DNA of 64,000 bases, taken from assembly GCF_000181795.1 (NCBI RefSeq), contig NW_003526941.1:7106043-7170042 (forward strand), in the 5' to 3' direction. The notes under the pieces were generated by a model. It was not told the origin of the DNA. It did not search any database and saw only the letters and a program-made list of their open reading frames with translations. The position numbers and the translations under genes were made by a program. Below, in pieces: positions 12,326 to 24,553 of the stretch. Numbering within the stretch: position 1 is the first letter of the stretch; each line of letters opens with the position of its first letter. The stretch is from Trichinella spiralis. Taxonomy: Eukaryota.

Positions 12326-13603
12326 GCTCAGTACTAATAATAATTGAAGCTAATATGCTCTTTATTGTGAAATATTAAAGCATTTAACAAAGATATACGT
12401 CATTTATCGTAAGCAGCTATATATACGAAATATTTAAAAGTATTTATTTCGTTATGTTAGCCGCAAAATTTCACAACTTAAAAAGATTCCGTCATTTTGC
12501 TCTGATATCTATTAAACATTCAATGTATATTCTGAACCATGCTAAGAATAAACTACAGAAGGAGTAAACTAAATGCAACTTACTTAAACGAATGCCTTCG
12601 ATGCCTTCACGTAATTCTTGTATTCACGTTCGTACAAATGTAGATGACTGAATTTGAAGAAATAATAAATAATAAACGAAACGCAAAGCAGTTTTCAATA
12701 ATATTCCATGATTTTCATCGCAGACCGTAGGCCAGCAATCATCGACATTAAAGCCACGTAAACGTACGCATAGCAGTGGAATAAAAATTTGCATACATTT
12801 TCTGGTAAACAAGTCCTACTGTGGCTGCTATTCCGCACGTTGAGCAAACAACTATTTTCTCGACTTTTAATCTAAAACGCCACGAAAAGAATTATATGAG
12901 TTCGAACTTTACAACAGTAATTATTTTGTTCTTCTCGATTACGAGATATACCATTGAATTGATAGAACGAAGCAATTTAAACGAATTTTATCGGATATAT
13001 TAAAAGTTCAGGCTATATGTTAGCAACAGTTGCAAAGTTATGAAACCTCAAGGTCACACTTAAAAATTTGCATGAAAATTCTGGTAAACAAGTTCGATGC
13101 CTACATTTCATTACGTTCAACAGACATAAGTTTCGAAACCTTACATGCAAAATCACTACAACAGCAATATATGAGATAGAGGTTTACAATATTAATGATG
13201 TATATAATTCCTCTTCACATCTCGATATCATTCGATTGATAAAGTTATTAATTTCGTTTTCAAGCTGATGTCAGTTCCAATTATTTTTCATCACTCTTCC
13301 GCGTCATCTCGTTAATATGCAAATTTTAAACCGTAGTCTTGACGTTTGTTTGCTTTCCATGTATAGCTCGCTAGCCTCCTGAAGTGATAAATAAATATAT
13401 GTATAAAAGTGCACTTGATGTGTCTTTTAATCAACTTAATTATACCCATAAATGGTGAATATCATAATATTTATATGAATTTCAATTTGATAACTGTCGG
13501 TGACAAATTCTGATTCTGTAGATTTGAACAACATGCATTCGTCGTAATGTTTTTCAAATCACCTAAATTTTGAAAGTTCTTTATATTGTTTTAGTTTCAT
13601 AAA
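12326..13603 (+). repeat. ~1.3-kb dispersed direct repeat, copy A
   Basis: Collinear with 30296-31600 from gctcagtactaataataattgaagc to tattgttttag. The ORF track gives near-identical translations (13068-13268 vs 31062-31262). Confidence 0.95.
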
Positions 13604-14932
13604 TATATGATAATTGCATACTCAGTCGCTTTTTTCAAAGTTGATTGCAGGTTGAGAATATCTGAAATTATATTTTAAATTAATAGAATAAAAACTGATA
13701 GCTATTCCAACCAATACATCATAACATAATTAATTAATCATCAGCATAACAAGCGTAGAATGTCTTTTGCAATTTATTAAAGCATAGTTCGATAGCAGAA
13801 TATACCACCCAATGGTAGCTGATGACTCAGGTTTCGCAGGTGTCGTGACAACGATATTCTGAATAGGTTATTTTGAAAAAGGAATTAATAAAGCAGTGGT
13901 AAGTGGATTATGCAAAATGAAAAATACTTTACCTTAATCTTTTCAGTACTCAATATCGCATAATTTCATTATATGGTACGTTTTGCAGTCACATTCTTTA
14001 TTACGCTGTGTAACATAATATTAATATGCAACTTTATTGCATTTGAATAATACTGAAGTTCTTTAAGATCTTGAACATTTTTACTCATGAATTATTATTA
14101 AGCTAGCAATGAAAAATTGTAATTCACGTTAACTTACATTAGCTCCAACATTAGCATTTCTCAGGCAAAGTTTGATTTGATGGAAAAACATCGTTTCAAT
14201 AAGCATATTATTTTCCTGTAATTACCGATGAAGAAGAAACAATAAACAGGCTACTGGTGAGATGCATTCCTTCGCAGGGCGCAGCTACTTACAAATAAAT
14301 TGTTGAAAATACTGTTTTCATGCCAGTATTACAGCTTTCCTTGCAATTCATTCCAATTTGAATTTGCTTCTTTTGGTTTGATAAACAGCTCAGTGAACGG
14401 GCAAGTATAAACCTGTACTATTACTAAAAAGATGCAACAAGAAACCCTTTAAAGCGACAGAGCATTACAATTATTCAAATGAGTGAATTTTTCATCCCCT
14501 CAGATAAATTATACTTTAATCACATTCACATGATTTAATGATAAATAAATAAATTTTAAGAAATAAAAAAAGAATAATAATGTTCGACAACAATTTCATC
14601 TAGCAATGACATTTAGTAATATTTTTTAAAAAGAACAGTTCAAACAATATGTTTCATTTTTTGAATACGGAGATGTATTCTTGAAAGCCGCAATGTTTTA
14701 ACATAAAACATCTGTAATATACCATCATGTCCATTTCATTACCTATTCACTATTTGTGCAATTTGAAAACAGAGCGAAAAATATTGCATCGACTTTTGGC
14801 AGTTGCAGTTGCACAGAAAATCTACAGCATAATGGCGAGCACTGCAACAAAGAAAAAGGAAATTATTAGCCGATATATTTCGCAACATTTTGCCACAAGA
14901 CATTCTCGTCAGTACATGAATATTAACGCACA

Positions 14933-14935
<3 letters not shown>

Positions 14936-14984
<49 letters not shown>
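14936..14984. repeat. (TA)n microsatellite
   Basis: Long TA run just downstream of the IWS1 stop codon. Confidence 0.95.
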
Positions 14985-14991
<7 letters not shown>

Positions 14992-15139
14992 TTATTTATT
15001 TTAGGCTACAATTACATACAACTTTACTGTTTTCCAATTCTGAAATAATAGAAAAGCGACAACGATTCAAACGTACGATTTCCTAAAGCATAAAAATATA
15101 ATTGTGAGATTAATCACTGCAATGAAACGTTGCAAATCC

Positions 15140-18053
15140 CTAATCCATTTTTCGGCCTTCAATGCTAACTGTAACTGCACGCATAGCTTTCTTCCGTTTC
15201 ATTCTTTCCTTGAACATGCGCAACTTCAATTCAAATTCTGAAGTTCTTCTAACATGCTTCTACGAGTTGTTGGATTGAAAACGAAATATGCATTTAGTTA
15301 TATGGAAGAAAAAAAAACTGTTCAATTTACAGCAACGTACATTTTCCACAGAAACATCAATATTTGATTTTGGTCGAATCACATAATCTTTCGTCGACAG
15401 CTGGGGAACGCGGGCACGCGGAATGAAACCCTTGTCACCAGGACGCAACGGTCTGTTAACATATCAAAATTCAATTTACCAGATGGAAAATTTGGTAAAA
15501 GCAAATCAGTGCAAAATGACTTGTATACAATTTCTTTTTGCTCTTTTGTACTGATAATTAAAAACAATACTTATTTTTGAGTGCAATTTTGATTCGCACA
15601 AATGATAAAGCATGAAAAAAGTTCTGTTTTACATTTCACCTAAACAGTCCTACCTTTGTAAGTAAATAAATCTTACTTGCTCTCTTCCTCAACATTAGAA
15701 GGACCAGGATTCATGCCATCGTCGCTGGAATGAAAAAAAATTGTTGCTAGATAATTTAATAATCCCATAATTAAAAAAAAACAACAAACAGTACATCGTT
15801 TTCATTTTTTTCGCCGCAGATGTGTTGGTTTTGTAATCTCGACGCTGGCGTTCTTCTTTTGACAGTAACCGATAGTCAGTTTGCAAATTAAATATAGGAC
15901 GAGCCCAGTCGCCTAAGATGATTAAGCAGGAGTGTCCATTTAAGCTATTTATTAATTGATAAAATGAGATGAATAATCAAAATATTACTGATCAGCCTGC
16001 CGGCCAGAATACGGTTCTCTTTGGTTTCTTTGGGATGCTTGTGCAAAATCATCACCACCTTTCCAATATTTGAAGATCGTAACACTGAAGCGTCCAAAAC
16101 GGGAAACTGACAATGGAAAATTTTTTTGAATGAAACAATACACTAACAGTAAATTATTCTTGGACAACACACTTACTTGTTGCAAAATTTTCAAAAGTTC
16201 TGTGCGAATTTCGTAAGATGGCAAACTTCGATCAGGCAACAACTGCAGCCACTCCTTTTGTTTTACAACAACAATTAATATTATTTACAGATATCGAAGG
16301 GATAAAAATTTATCAAATCACTTACAGCAATGGCAGTTACAGCGCCAGATTCTATAAATGCAGTCTGCAAATCCGCCCTAATTATTAAAACGAAAAATAT
16401 GCATTTTCAAAATGACGAACAACTTGTTTAGGAAAATTCACTTTTTCAGTTGTGACAATACATAAGGTAAAAGTTTCCTCTTCTGCAAAGCGGGCTTTTG
16501 CGCTACATTCGATTCTCGGTCAGCCTAAAAATGAAGCACATTAAAATTTGGCCCCGTTCTTGATTGAAAATACTGCAACCTGTGCCGCAACATTCATCCT
16601 TTCGATTAGGTCATTAATTGTATCATCTGCATCTGAGATGAAATCCACATTTTCATAGCGCCGCCGTCTTCTGCGGTTCTGCATCTTCCGCTTTTGCATC
16701 ATTAAGTCAAAGTCCGATACAAACCCCCTGAGAGAAAAGAACAATATTAAACAACATTTCATCAAAAAAATTTACAAAACGACAATAATATTAATTAATT
16801 GAAACTAACGGAGGCATGGAAAACTCATTGACGTGCACTTTTGCATCCAAAAGTTGTTCTTCGTCTTCACTATCAGAAGTGGAAAACGTTTGCTCATCTT
16901 TTTCCTCGTCAGCTAAAATGCTCACTCTTTTATTGCATTAAATAAATGTATTGGAAACAGTAAAGCAAACCGTCCGCAGCTGTCGTTGAAGAAGCGGCAA
17001 ATTTGCTCGACGGAGGCAACTAAAAAAGTCGAATATATATATATATTTATTTATATTTAGCATTCCCAATCTCTCTCTCTCTCCCTTCGAGTGTTCCAGC
17101 CCTTTCCCTTTTCAATAAGAAAAAAATAGCCAAAATTACAACGTCCTCTTCATCATCAGAATTGCCAAAAATATTCTCAATCACATCGTTCACATCCGAC
17201 TGTGAACTCTCGCTTTCACTCAATGTACGACTTTGGGCACCTCTTAAAATACACAAAAGCGCTACAGAATACAAATTCACTTTACAAGTCAACAAATAAA
17301 AGTAATACTTCAACTTCCTGATATCGTCGCATGGTTCAAATATGCCTAAAATATTTTAAACAATTGTAAATCAAAATTCATTCATCATTCATTACCATCA
17401 GATCCAGCTTCACTTTCCGCTAGCATTGTCCTAGACGAACATGCAACAACAGACTGGATAGTGTCTAAATGGAACAAAATAAAGGCGATTTTGAAAAAAA
17501 AAGAAAAAATCTATGAGATGAAATCAAAAATCCAGCATTACCAATACTGCTAGATGGTTCGTAATTAATATTTGCGCGTTCAGTATTCGGAGTAACATTA
17601 GCATACAATTCCTCATTGGCAGACTGTTCAACAATTAGCTCGCGTACCAGTGAATCGACAGCATTGTCAGCACAGAATTCATCTAAAAAGTACCACACAT
17701 TATTATTATTATTAAAATAAATGTAAAATATAATCGTGTAAACATAAAAATTTCATCATTTTAACTTTAAATTTGAATATTCAGTCGTGTATAATTATCG
17801 TGAAAAATACAAACAGCTATTTAAAACGTTCATATGCATACAGAATCTGTGTATACGTTGCAATTAAAGAAAAAAAGTTGACATTACCTTTCAAAATATC
17901 TTCATGTGGAGGATAAATTCCACGTTCATCGTTCAAATAGAAAGTATCATCACGGACTTCAATAATATTCTCAGAATTTCCAACAGCAATTGAATCACCA
18001 TCACAATCATCATCGTCGCCATCATCTTCCAAGCAATTGAGAATGTTATTCAT
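15140..18053 (-). CDS. IWS1: IWS1/SPN1 transcription elongation factor (multi-exon; acidic N-terminus, TFIIS N-terminal-like domain)
   Basis: Spliced segments read: [19 protein letters not shown]...[133 protein letters not shown]; ...[12 protein letters not shown] (TAG at 15140-15142). Likely ATG at 18053 ([11 protein letters not shown]); the N-terminal exons are less certain. Confidence 0.92.
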
Positions 18054-20210
18054 CTTTAAAAAAATCATCAGCATTAAAAGATACTCTGCTATTGTCACAC
18101 TAATCAAACACTGACGACATCTTTTAGCAAGCAGATTAGTTGTGCCACTATGAAATAATAACTAATCAACTTCACAATGGAAAAATCTAGCTATTTGTTT
18201 GACATTTAAAAATTAGTGCACTTTTTCAATTTAATGTTTATTACGTGAAATAAAAATATGCACAAATTCTTTAAAAAACATGCTTCTATGATCCGTAAGA
18301 AGAAAAAAACTGACACATTCGATAACTGCATTTTCTGTCCGTCGTTATAAAAGTGACGCATTAATAAAAGACTAATAAAATATTCAGAAATGGAAATAAA
18401 GAATATATTTTAACTTTAATAGCAAAACTTTCTATCAGAACTTTACAAAATGAAATATCGATTTTAGTTCTTTTCAATCAAAATAACTGTGTTCCTATGC
18501 TTACACAATGTAACAAACAATCGAACGTACAAATTCAAAATTGCTGAACATTAGTGAATAATAAATGATGTCAGAGAACAAACAAAGGAAAAGTTGAAAG
18601 GATTCAGTGCAAAATTAATAATCAGAAATAGTTTTGTCTTGATAAGTTCAATGATGCAAACCAAAAATGCTGAACTATAAAATCACATCAAACATATAAA
18701 CAATTTTAACTAAACTCCTATTTAATTTAATTTAATATAACATATTACGTAGAAGTTGGATTAAAAAAATGACAAAAAATAATGAACAGAATAACTCACT
18801 TTACAAACTTTCACCAACTAGTTTAACTGCACAACCACCGCTAACTTACGACAAATGTAAGTGTATACCGTAATAAAAGATAAGTAAGTTAACAAAACGA
18901 ATACTGTAAACCGACTCATTCCGTTGATGACAAAATCAAGTTTTTGATGAAAATTATAATTACAAAAAAAAAGATTTTATATTGAAAAATATATTCTATC
19001 TTATACTTTGCATTAAAAAATTAAATCATTCACTCAAAAAATAGGTAATTTTGTTTAAAATTTCCATAAAAAAGAAAAAGCACTGTTTTAAACAGTGTCA
19101 TCATATTGAACAAAAAAATGAATTAATTGAATTAAAATTGAAATTCATATATGCTAGACTTGATCGTTTGCTCTTTTGTGTGCTTATTTTACCAAATATA
19201 GCAAATGGAATGAGCATCTCAGCAAAATAAATAATTTTCAGATTACGCAGCATATTTGGCGCAGTTTACAATTTACATACAGCAAGTAGATACTCTTTAA
19301 ATAAACTGTTGTTGACTATCTATCACTGATTGTTGTTTGTTCAACTTTTTTATATGTTATAAAAATGCTTTGTCGTGCAGTTTGTTCATTTGTATATAAT
19401 TCCGATTTCACTCAGCGTGATAATTTCGCTTTTTAACCATTAAATGCACCCCATTTGACATGATTGTACAGGCTAAATAATGACCGTATCAGTATGTGAT
19501 TTTCAAGTATAAGGAAACAAAGGATGTATCAAAATGAAAAAATCTATATAAATTTAACCAAATAATTATCTGTTATCGGTTTTGCGTGAAAAAAATTGTT
19601 CACTGCTTTCAGTTATATTGTGGATAATAAAACTGCAAACAACCAGGTCAAAACGTTGGCGGAACACGAACTGTTACGAAAGCGCATTACCCGGCAATGA
19701 AAAAACTTCCTGCAATCACATTTGTTGACCTGGGCAAGCTATTTTGAGAGATTGAAGAAACTGGTTCATTGTACGCAAGGTCAGCCTTCATCAACTCTCA
19801 GCTTTTCACGCTTCAAATATCGTCAACCAAATTCTAGATTTCTCAGTGTTTTTATACTCAGCAATACCAACAAAAATGCGTAACAGAAAAAACCACCAAG
19901 AACAATAGAACTGTTCACAATAGAATGTTTAAAATAATAATAATAATGATAATAGTAATGGTAACAATTCAATGGTGGTTGTGATTAAACAAAAGCGTAA
20001 GCCTCCAATAGCTACTTTAAATCGACAAACGGGATGGGGAAAGTAAGTGGAAAGCGCACATTATCCACAACAAAAATTTAAAAAAAGAAAGAATGAAAAG
20101 AAAAATAAATTCATATACAACTCATCTTCATAATAACAACAAATGAAACTTGGGTTACATGAACGCGCTATTGTTGGGATATGCATTTTCAAACCTGTGT
20201 GACCAATTCT

Positions 20211-21689
20211 TTACAATTCTTCGTGCGCTTCTCCGGTAGGCGCATCTTCGTCAGCTTCATCTTCACCCTTCTGACTTCCAACTACACCGTCCGATTCGAC
20301 AAACTTAATCAAAGCTTCCAACGTGCGCGCACCTCCATAATGACTGCCTTCCAGTGCTCCGTTTTTGAAATACATAATTGTCGGGAAAGAATTGATGCGG
20401 ATGTCTTCAACCTCGTTCGCAGTAGCATCCATTTTGGCAATGACCACCTTGTCGCTGTCTTTGTAATGTTCGCCCAAAGATTCCCAAATTGGTGCCAACT
20501 GCTTACAATGACCACACCACGGAGCGTAAAATTCGACTAACACAGGTTTGCCGGCCGTTTTTATGAAACTGGCAAAATTGTTACCAGTCAAAACCTTCAC
20601 CGGATGCTTGTCCCAATCTTCTGGCAATTCTTGACTAAGCAAATGCGGTTTCAACTTGTTGTCCAAAAAGTCTTTCGCGAATTTGATCACATCCGACGCT
20701 TTGAATTCAGTAAAAGATGGCTTGTACTTCAGCATATCATCGCCCAGATTGATCAAACGAATAGTAGGCAATTCGGTCTTTTCTAAGCCAAAAAATTCCA
20801 TGATCCTTCCGTTGTCTTCCACGTCCGCGTTAATGGTGACAAACAACAATTTTCCTTTGTATTCTTTGGCAGCTTTGGTGAATTCTTCCAACGTTTTGTC
20901 AAATCCATCGGCTTTCTTGCTACAGAAGAGCAGCATGTGCGATTTGATATTACCGCCGAATATTCTGACGGCCGTTTCTTGAGTAAAATCACTAACTAAA
21001 GGCATACTGCTGATCAAGATCCAATTTTTCAGCTTCTCCACTTCGAATTCGCCTTCGTAGACTTCACGACCATCGTCAAATGGTTTGAACAAAACAATGC
21101 CGTCCCCTTCGGCTTTCAGCGCTTTGTAAACAGCATCCGCAGAGGTCATGCCGAATTTCACGTCGTCAATCAACGCAGCCGCATCCAAAAAGGCCTTGGC
21201 CTTATCACTGTCGGCCTTTTTGAAAAATCCAACAGCAGCCAAGGCATCTTTGACAAATTCTTCAGCCGCTTCTGCGTCTTCGAGCTGAACGGCCACAGGA
21301 CCTGATTTCTTTTTCACCCAAGAAATAATATCTTCAGCCGTACGACCACCGTTGTATTCAATTATATTTCCATCTTTGAAAAATTTCAACGTCGGATAAC
21401 CGCGAATTGCGTACTTTTCCGCCAAAGCAGTTTCCACAGTCGAGTCAACCTTTGCCAATTTCACATCCGCTCCTTCGTCTTTCAGTCGTTTTGCTGCTTT
21501 GGCGTATTCAGGTGCCAACGCTTTACAATGTCCACACCACGGTGCGTAGAATTCGACCAAAATGTACGCGTGATCAGAAATGGCTTTATCGAAATTCGCA
21601 TTCGTAAGAACCATAACATGATCCTCTTCAGTCACTTCACCCCAAGCAAAAGCTACCAGAAGAGCGAGAAAAGACACGAACAGTTTCAT
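20211..21689 (-). CDS. pdi: Protein disulfide isomerase, PDIA1/P4HB type, single coding exon
   Basis: Signal peptide MKLFVSFLALLVAFAWG (ATG 21689; the ORF-track start at 21755 is a TTG). Two FYAPWCGHCK thioredoxin sites, an acidic tail and C-terminal HEEL ER-retention signal. Confidence 0.97.
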   Translation of the reverse strand: MKLFVSFLALLVAFAWGEVTEEDHVMVLTNANFDKAISDHAYILVEFYAPWCGHCKALAPEYAKAAKRLKDEGADVKLAKVDSTVETALAEKYAIRGYPTLKFFKDGNIIEYNGGRTAEDIISWVKKKSGPVAVQLEDAEAAEEFVKDALAAVGFFKKADSDKAKAFLDAAALIDDVKFGMTSADAVYKALKAEGDGIVLFKPFDDGREVYEGEFEVEKLKNWILISSMPLVSDFTQETAVRIFGGNIKSHMLLFCSKKADGFDKTLEEFTKAAKEYKGKLLFVTINADVEDNGRIMEFFGLEKTELPTIRLINLGDDMLKYKPSFTEFKASDVIKFAKDFLDNKLKPHLLSQELPEDWDKHPVKVLTGNNFASFIKTAGKPVLVEFYAPWCGHCKQLAPIWESLGEHYKDSDKVVIAKMDATANEVEDIRINSFPTIMYFKNGALEGSHYGGARTLEALIKFVESDGVVGSQKGEDEADEDAPTGEAHEEL

Positions 21690-21755
21690 CTTCTTAAGCG
21701 AAAATGAAATAAGCAATAAGAGATACAACGCACTCGCCAAGTATATACTCAACAC

Positions 21756-21765
21756 TGACGTGTCA
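21756..21765. promoter_or_regulatory. UPRE-like bZIP site TGACGTGTCA upstream of PDI
   Basis: The motif lies ~67 bp upstream of the PDI ATG, next to a TATATA at ~21742-21747. A TGACGTG core is the XBP1/ATF6/CREB3-type element. Confidence 0.5.
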
Positions 21766-24553
21766 AACGTGATTATTTAAAGAGAACAACTGGTTTATAT
21801 CGTAATAGTTTATTCAGGTAAAGGTATACTGTAATTTTGAGCAACGTCATCATAAGTAGTTCAGTTTTGAAAAGAAAAATATGAAGAAATTTGACGAACC
21901 TGAGTTGAAATTTTAAGCAGATAAAATATTCAAGTGAAAATTTATATTTTATTTTAAAGACTGAAGTGGTAACAGTTGAAACAGAAAATATATTAACACT
22001 TGACACTTGTCAATTAAATTGCAATTTGAGTAAATAAAGCAATAAATTGTACAGTAATAAATTAGGCTATGCATACGTACGTATATGTACTTCATTTTTA
22101 CTGTCTTAAGTTTTATAACAACAACTTGACAAAATTATTTAAAACTACAGTAAAGTTTAGAAACAGTACACTAATTTTTCCTCTTCAAATTCTTTTAGAT
22201 TTTTTGCATTTCTTATCATAAATTGAGTTTTTTTACTGCTATGTGTCGTAAAATTATTTTTCATAAAAAACAGTACTGTAGCGTTACTTAATAATGATAA
22301 TTTTGCAATGGTAAAACTTAAAACTATTTTTTAAAGTGGAAAACAAAACTTTTTACTATTGTTTCAGTATAAAATTTTTTATAATAAACATTTGTAAAGT
22401 ATTTATTAGAAAAAATTTTCGCTGTACAGAACGAACAGGAAGCAAATTATAATTGAAAAATAGCAAAAAGAAATATACACAAGTACCATTACGTAAATAG
22501 GCTGTTTTTAGTTCTTTTCGCCTGCTTCTTTAAATGTTTAATTTACATTATTACAATAGTACGTTGTTCAACAATATGCTACACGTAGTTGACGCGGCCA
22601 ACAAGCACACTCAACGTTAAATTTGTTTATATGAATTAATATTATGTGATCGTTTGACTTAGTTGAATAAACAGATTCAATTGTCACAGAAACGAAGTAC
22701 AACTACAACAAATATTGGGTATAAGCACAGTTAAAGCTGTCTGTGACATTCATTTCCTGAATATTTTTCCTATATTGCTGGCACATCTTGGCAAATATAA
22801 CTTGCTAACTGTATTTTATAAATATTACTTTAAATACATTCATTCTTCACTAATTCGATCGTAAATATTGCTCTCCATTTATTTTGCCATTAAAATTTTA
22901 ATTCCAAAGTAGCCATAACTGCTTTCAAAGTAACACATATATAAATTTTTATCATAACTGTTTACATTATTACATATTACAGAAGTGAAAAATCCCAATA
23001 ATCACGTAAGCCCAATATTGAAGACGTGCACAACTGTAAACTCTAATTAATCAGAAACAGTCATGAAAGGTCGTTGAATCCAGTGACACTTGAGAACCAT
23101 TTTGTGGGTAAAGATAGATTGATAATCAACTGCACTAAAAAGTTATGATGCAATAAAACTTTTTCAACTGCAGAAACATTTATTTCTGTAATTTTGAAAC
23201 TATTCTCTCATCTGCATGCTAATTTCTAACATTGCTGTATATGAAATAATGTATGAATTCCAAACTAAACTTTAGATGCATTAATCTTCGCATTTCAAAA
23301 AAACGTAGGTGCAGTTCTCTTTGTAACTTAACCTCTTTCATATGAACTTAACAAAAAAGTAAAAGTAATGATAAGATCAATTAATCTGTTACAAGAAATA
23401 TGGAGAACATGATAAGTGCTAAGGAATAAAGGCATGATATGCGTGAAAAAATTTATACATATCACCAGATTATTCTCATTCACAACTTAGCTTGGAAAAT
23501 TCAGGGTTTGTTGTTTTTCATCTGTCTAAAATTATTTTTCCTTATTAACACTGTGTAAATGTTTCGTCAGCATCCATTGACGACAAAAATAATGCAACAA
23601 ATGATAGATTGCATTAAAAATTTTTCAAAAGTAACTTCGCCTACGTGATTAAACACAGAAATGTCATTTCCTTCACACAAGAAAAATTCTTTTTCTAATG
23701 GAGTTCATTTACCTTTCAAGAAATTGCACTTCTAAAATTTGGATATAATTCACGGAAATTACACTGCTAATTAAAAAATTAAATTCTACTTCTCTAATTA
23801 AGCAATAACATGGATTAAAGACGCAGCAATCAAAACTATTAATGCCAACATCACAGCTTTCTACGCAATTAAATGTTACAGCGTTATATTAATTGCAACA
23901 GTTCAACTGAGCTATACTTATTGAACAACAACCCATCACAAGACAATAAAATTATATATTATATAGTGAAGAAATGCATAAGTGCCCGCTGGATAATTTT
24001 CAAGGACACCTTTCAGTGTGTAAAGCTCAAATTCATGATATTATACATCTACGTTGAAATATCGCTAGATGATTAAATTGAAAAAAATTTCGTTTAAAAC
24101 AACTCTAAAATTATATGCTCTGCACTGTTTATTCTGCACAAACCAATGTTTGACTTATCTTCATTGATGAATGCATTTGGAAAAATATGAATTTTGAAAA
24201 ATTTTCAATTTTCACTAATAAATTAAATATTAAATAACAAAAACAAATTATTTATCCCAATTTGCATTGTCTGCAACAAGAGTTCAAAATAAAAAATTAA
24301 TATTCGGCTCTACAGTATATTACTTGCTGTAATCAGAACAAAAGTTCAAACTACTGTTAAACTTTTATAAATTAAAACCATGGAATTTTTGAAAAGAATA
24401 ACTCAGAAAAAACAACAGCAGTAATGTTAAATTCGATTTATAAATATTTAACATTCATACTGTAAGCATTACCTGAAAATCAGAAACGTCGATTTAGAAA
24501 TCAAATTTGCCAGTGGCTGTCGCGTAACACTTAATTGTTAAGGCTCATTTAAA

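Noticed and set aside
19610..19830. GC-richer, coding-looking patch between IWS1 and PDI
   Set aside because: Only a ~59-aa frame with no recognisable motif or convincing splice partners.
21690..21755. N-terminal extension of PDI in the ORF track
   Set aside because: It starts at TTG; the ATG at 21689 gives a canonical signal peptide.
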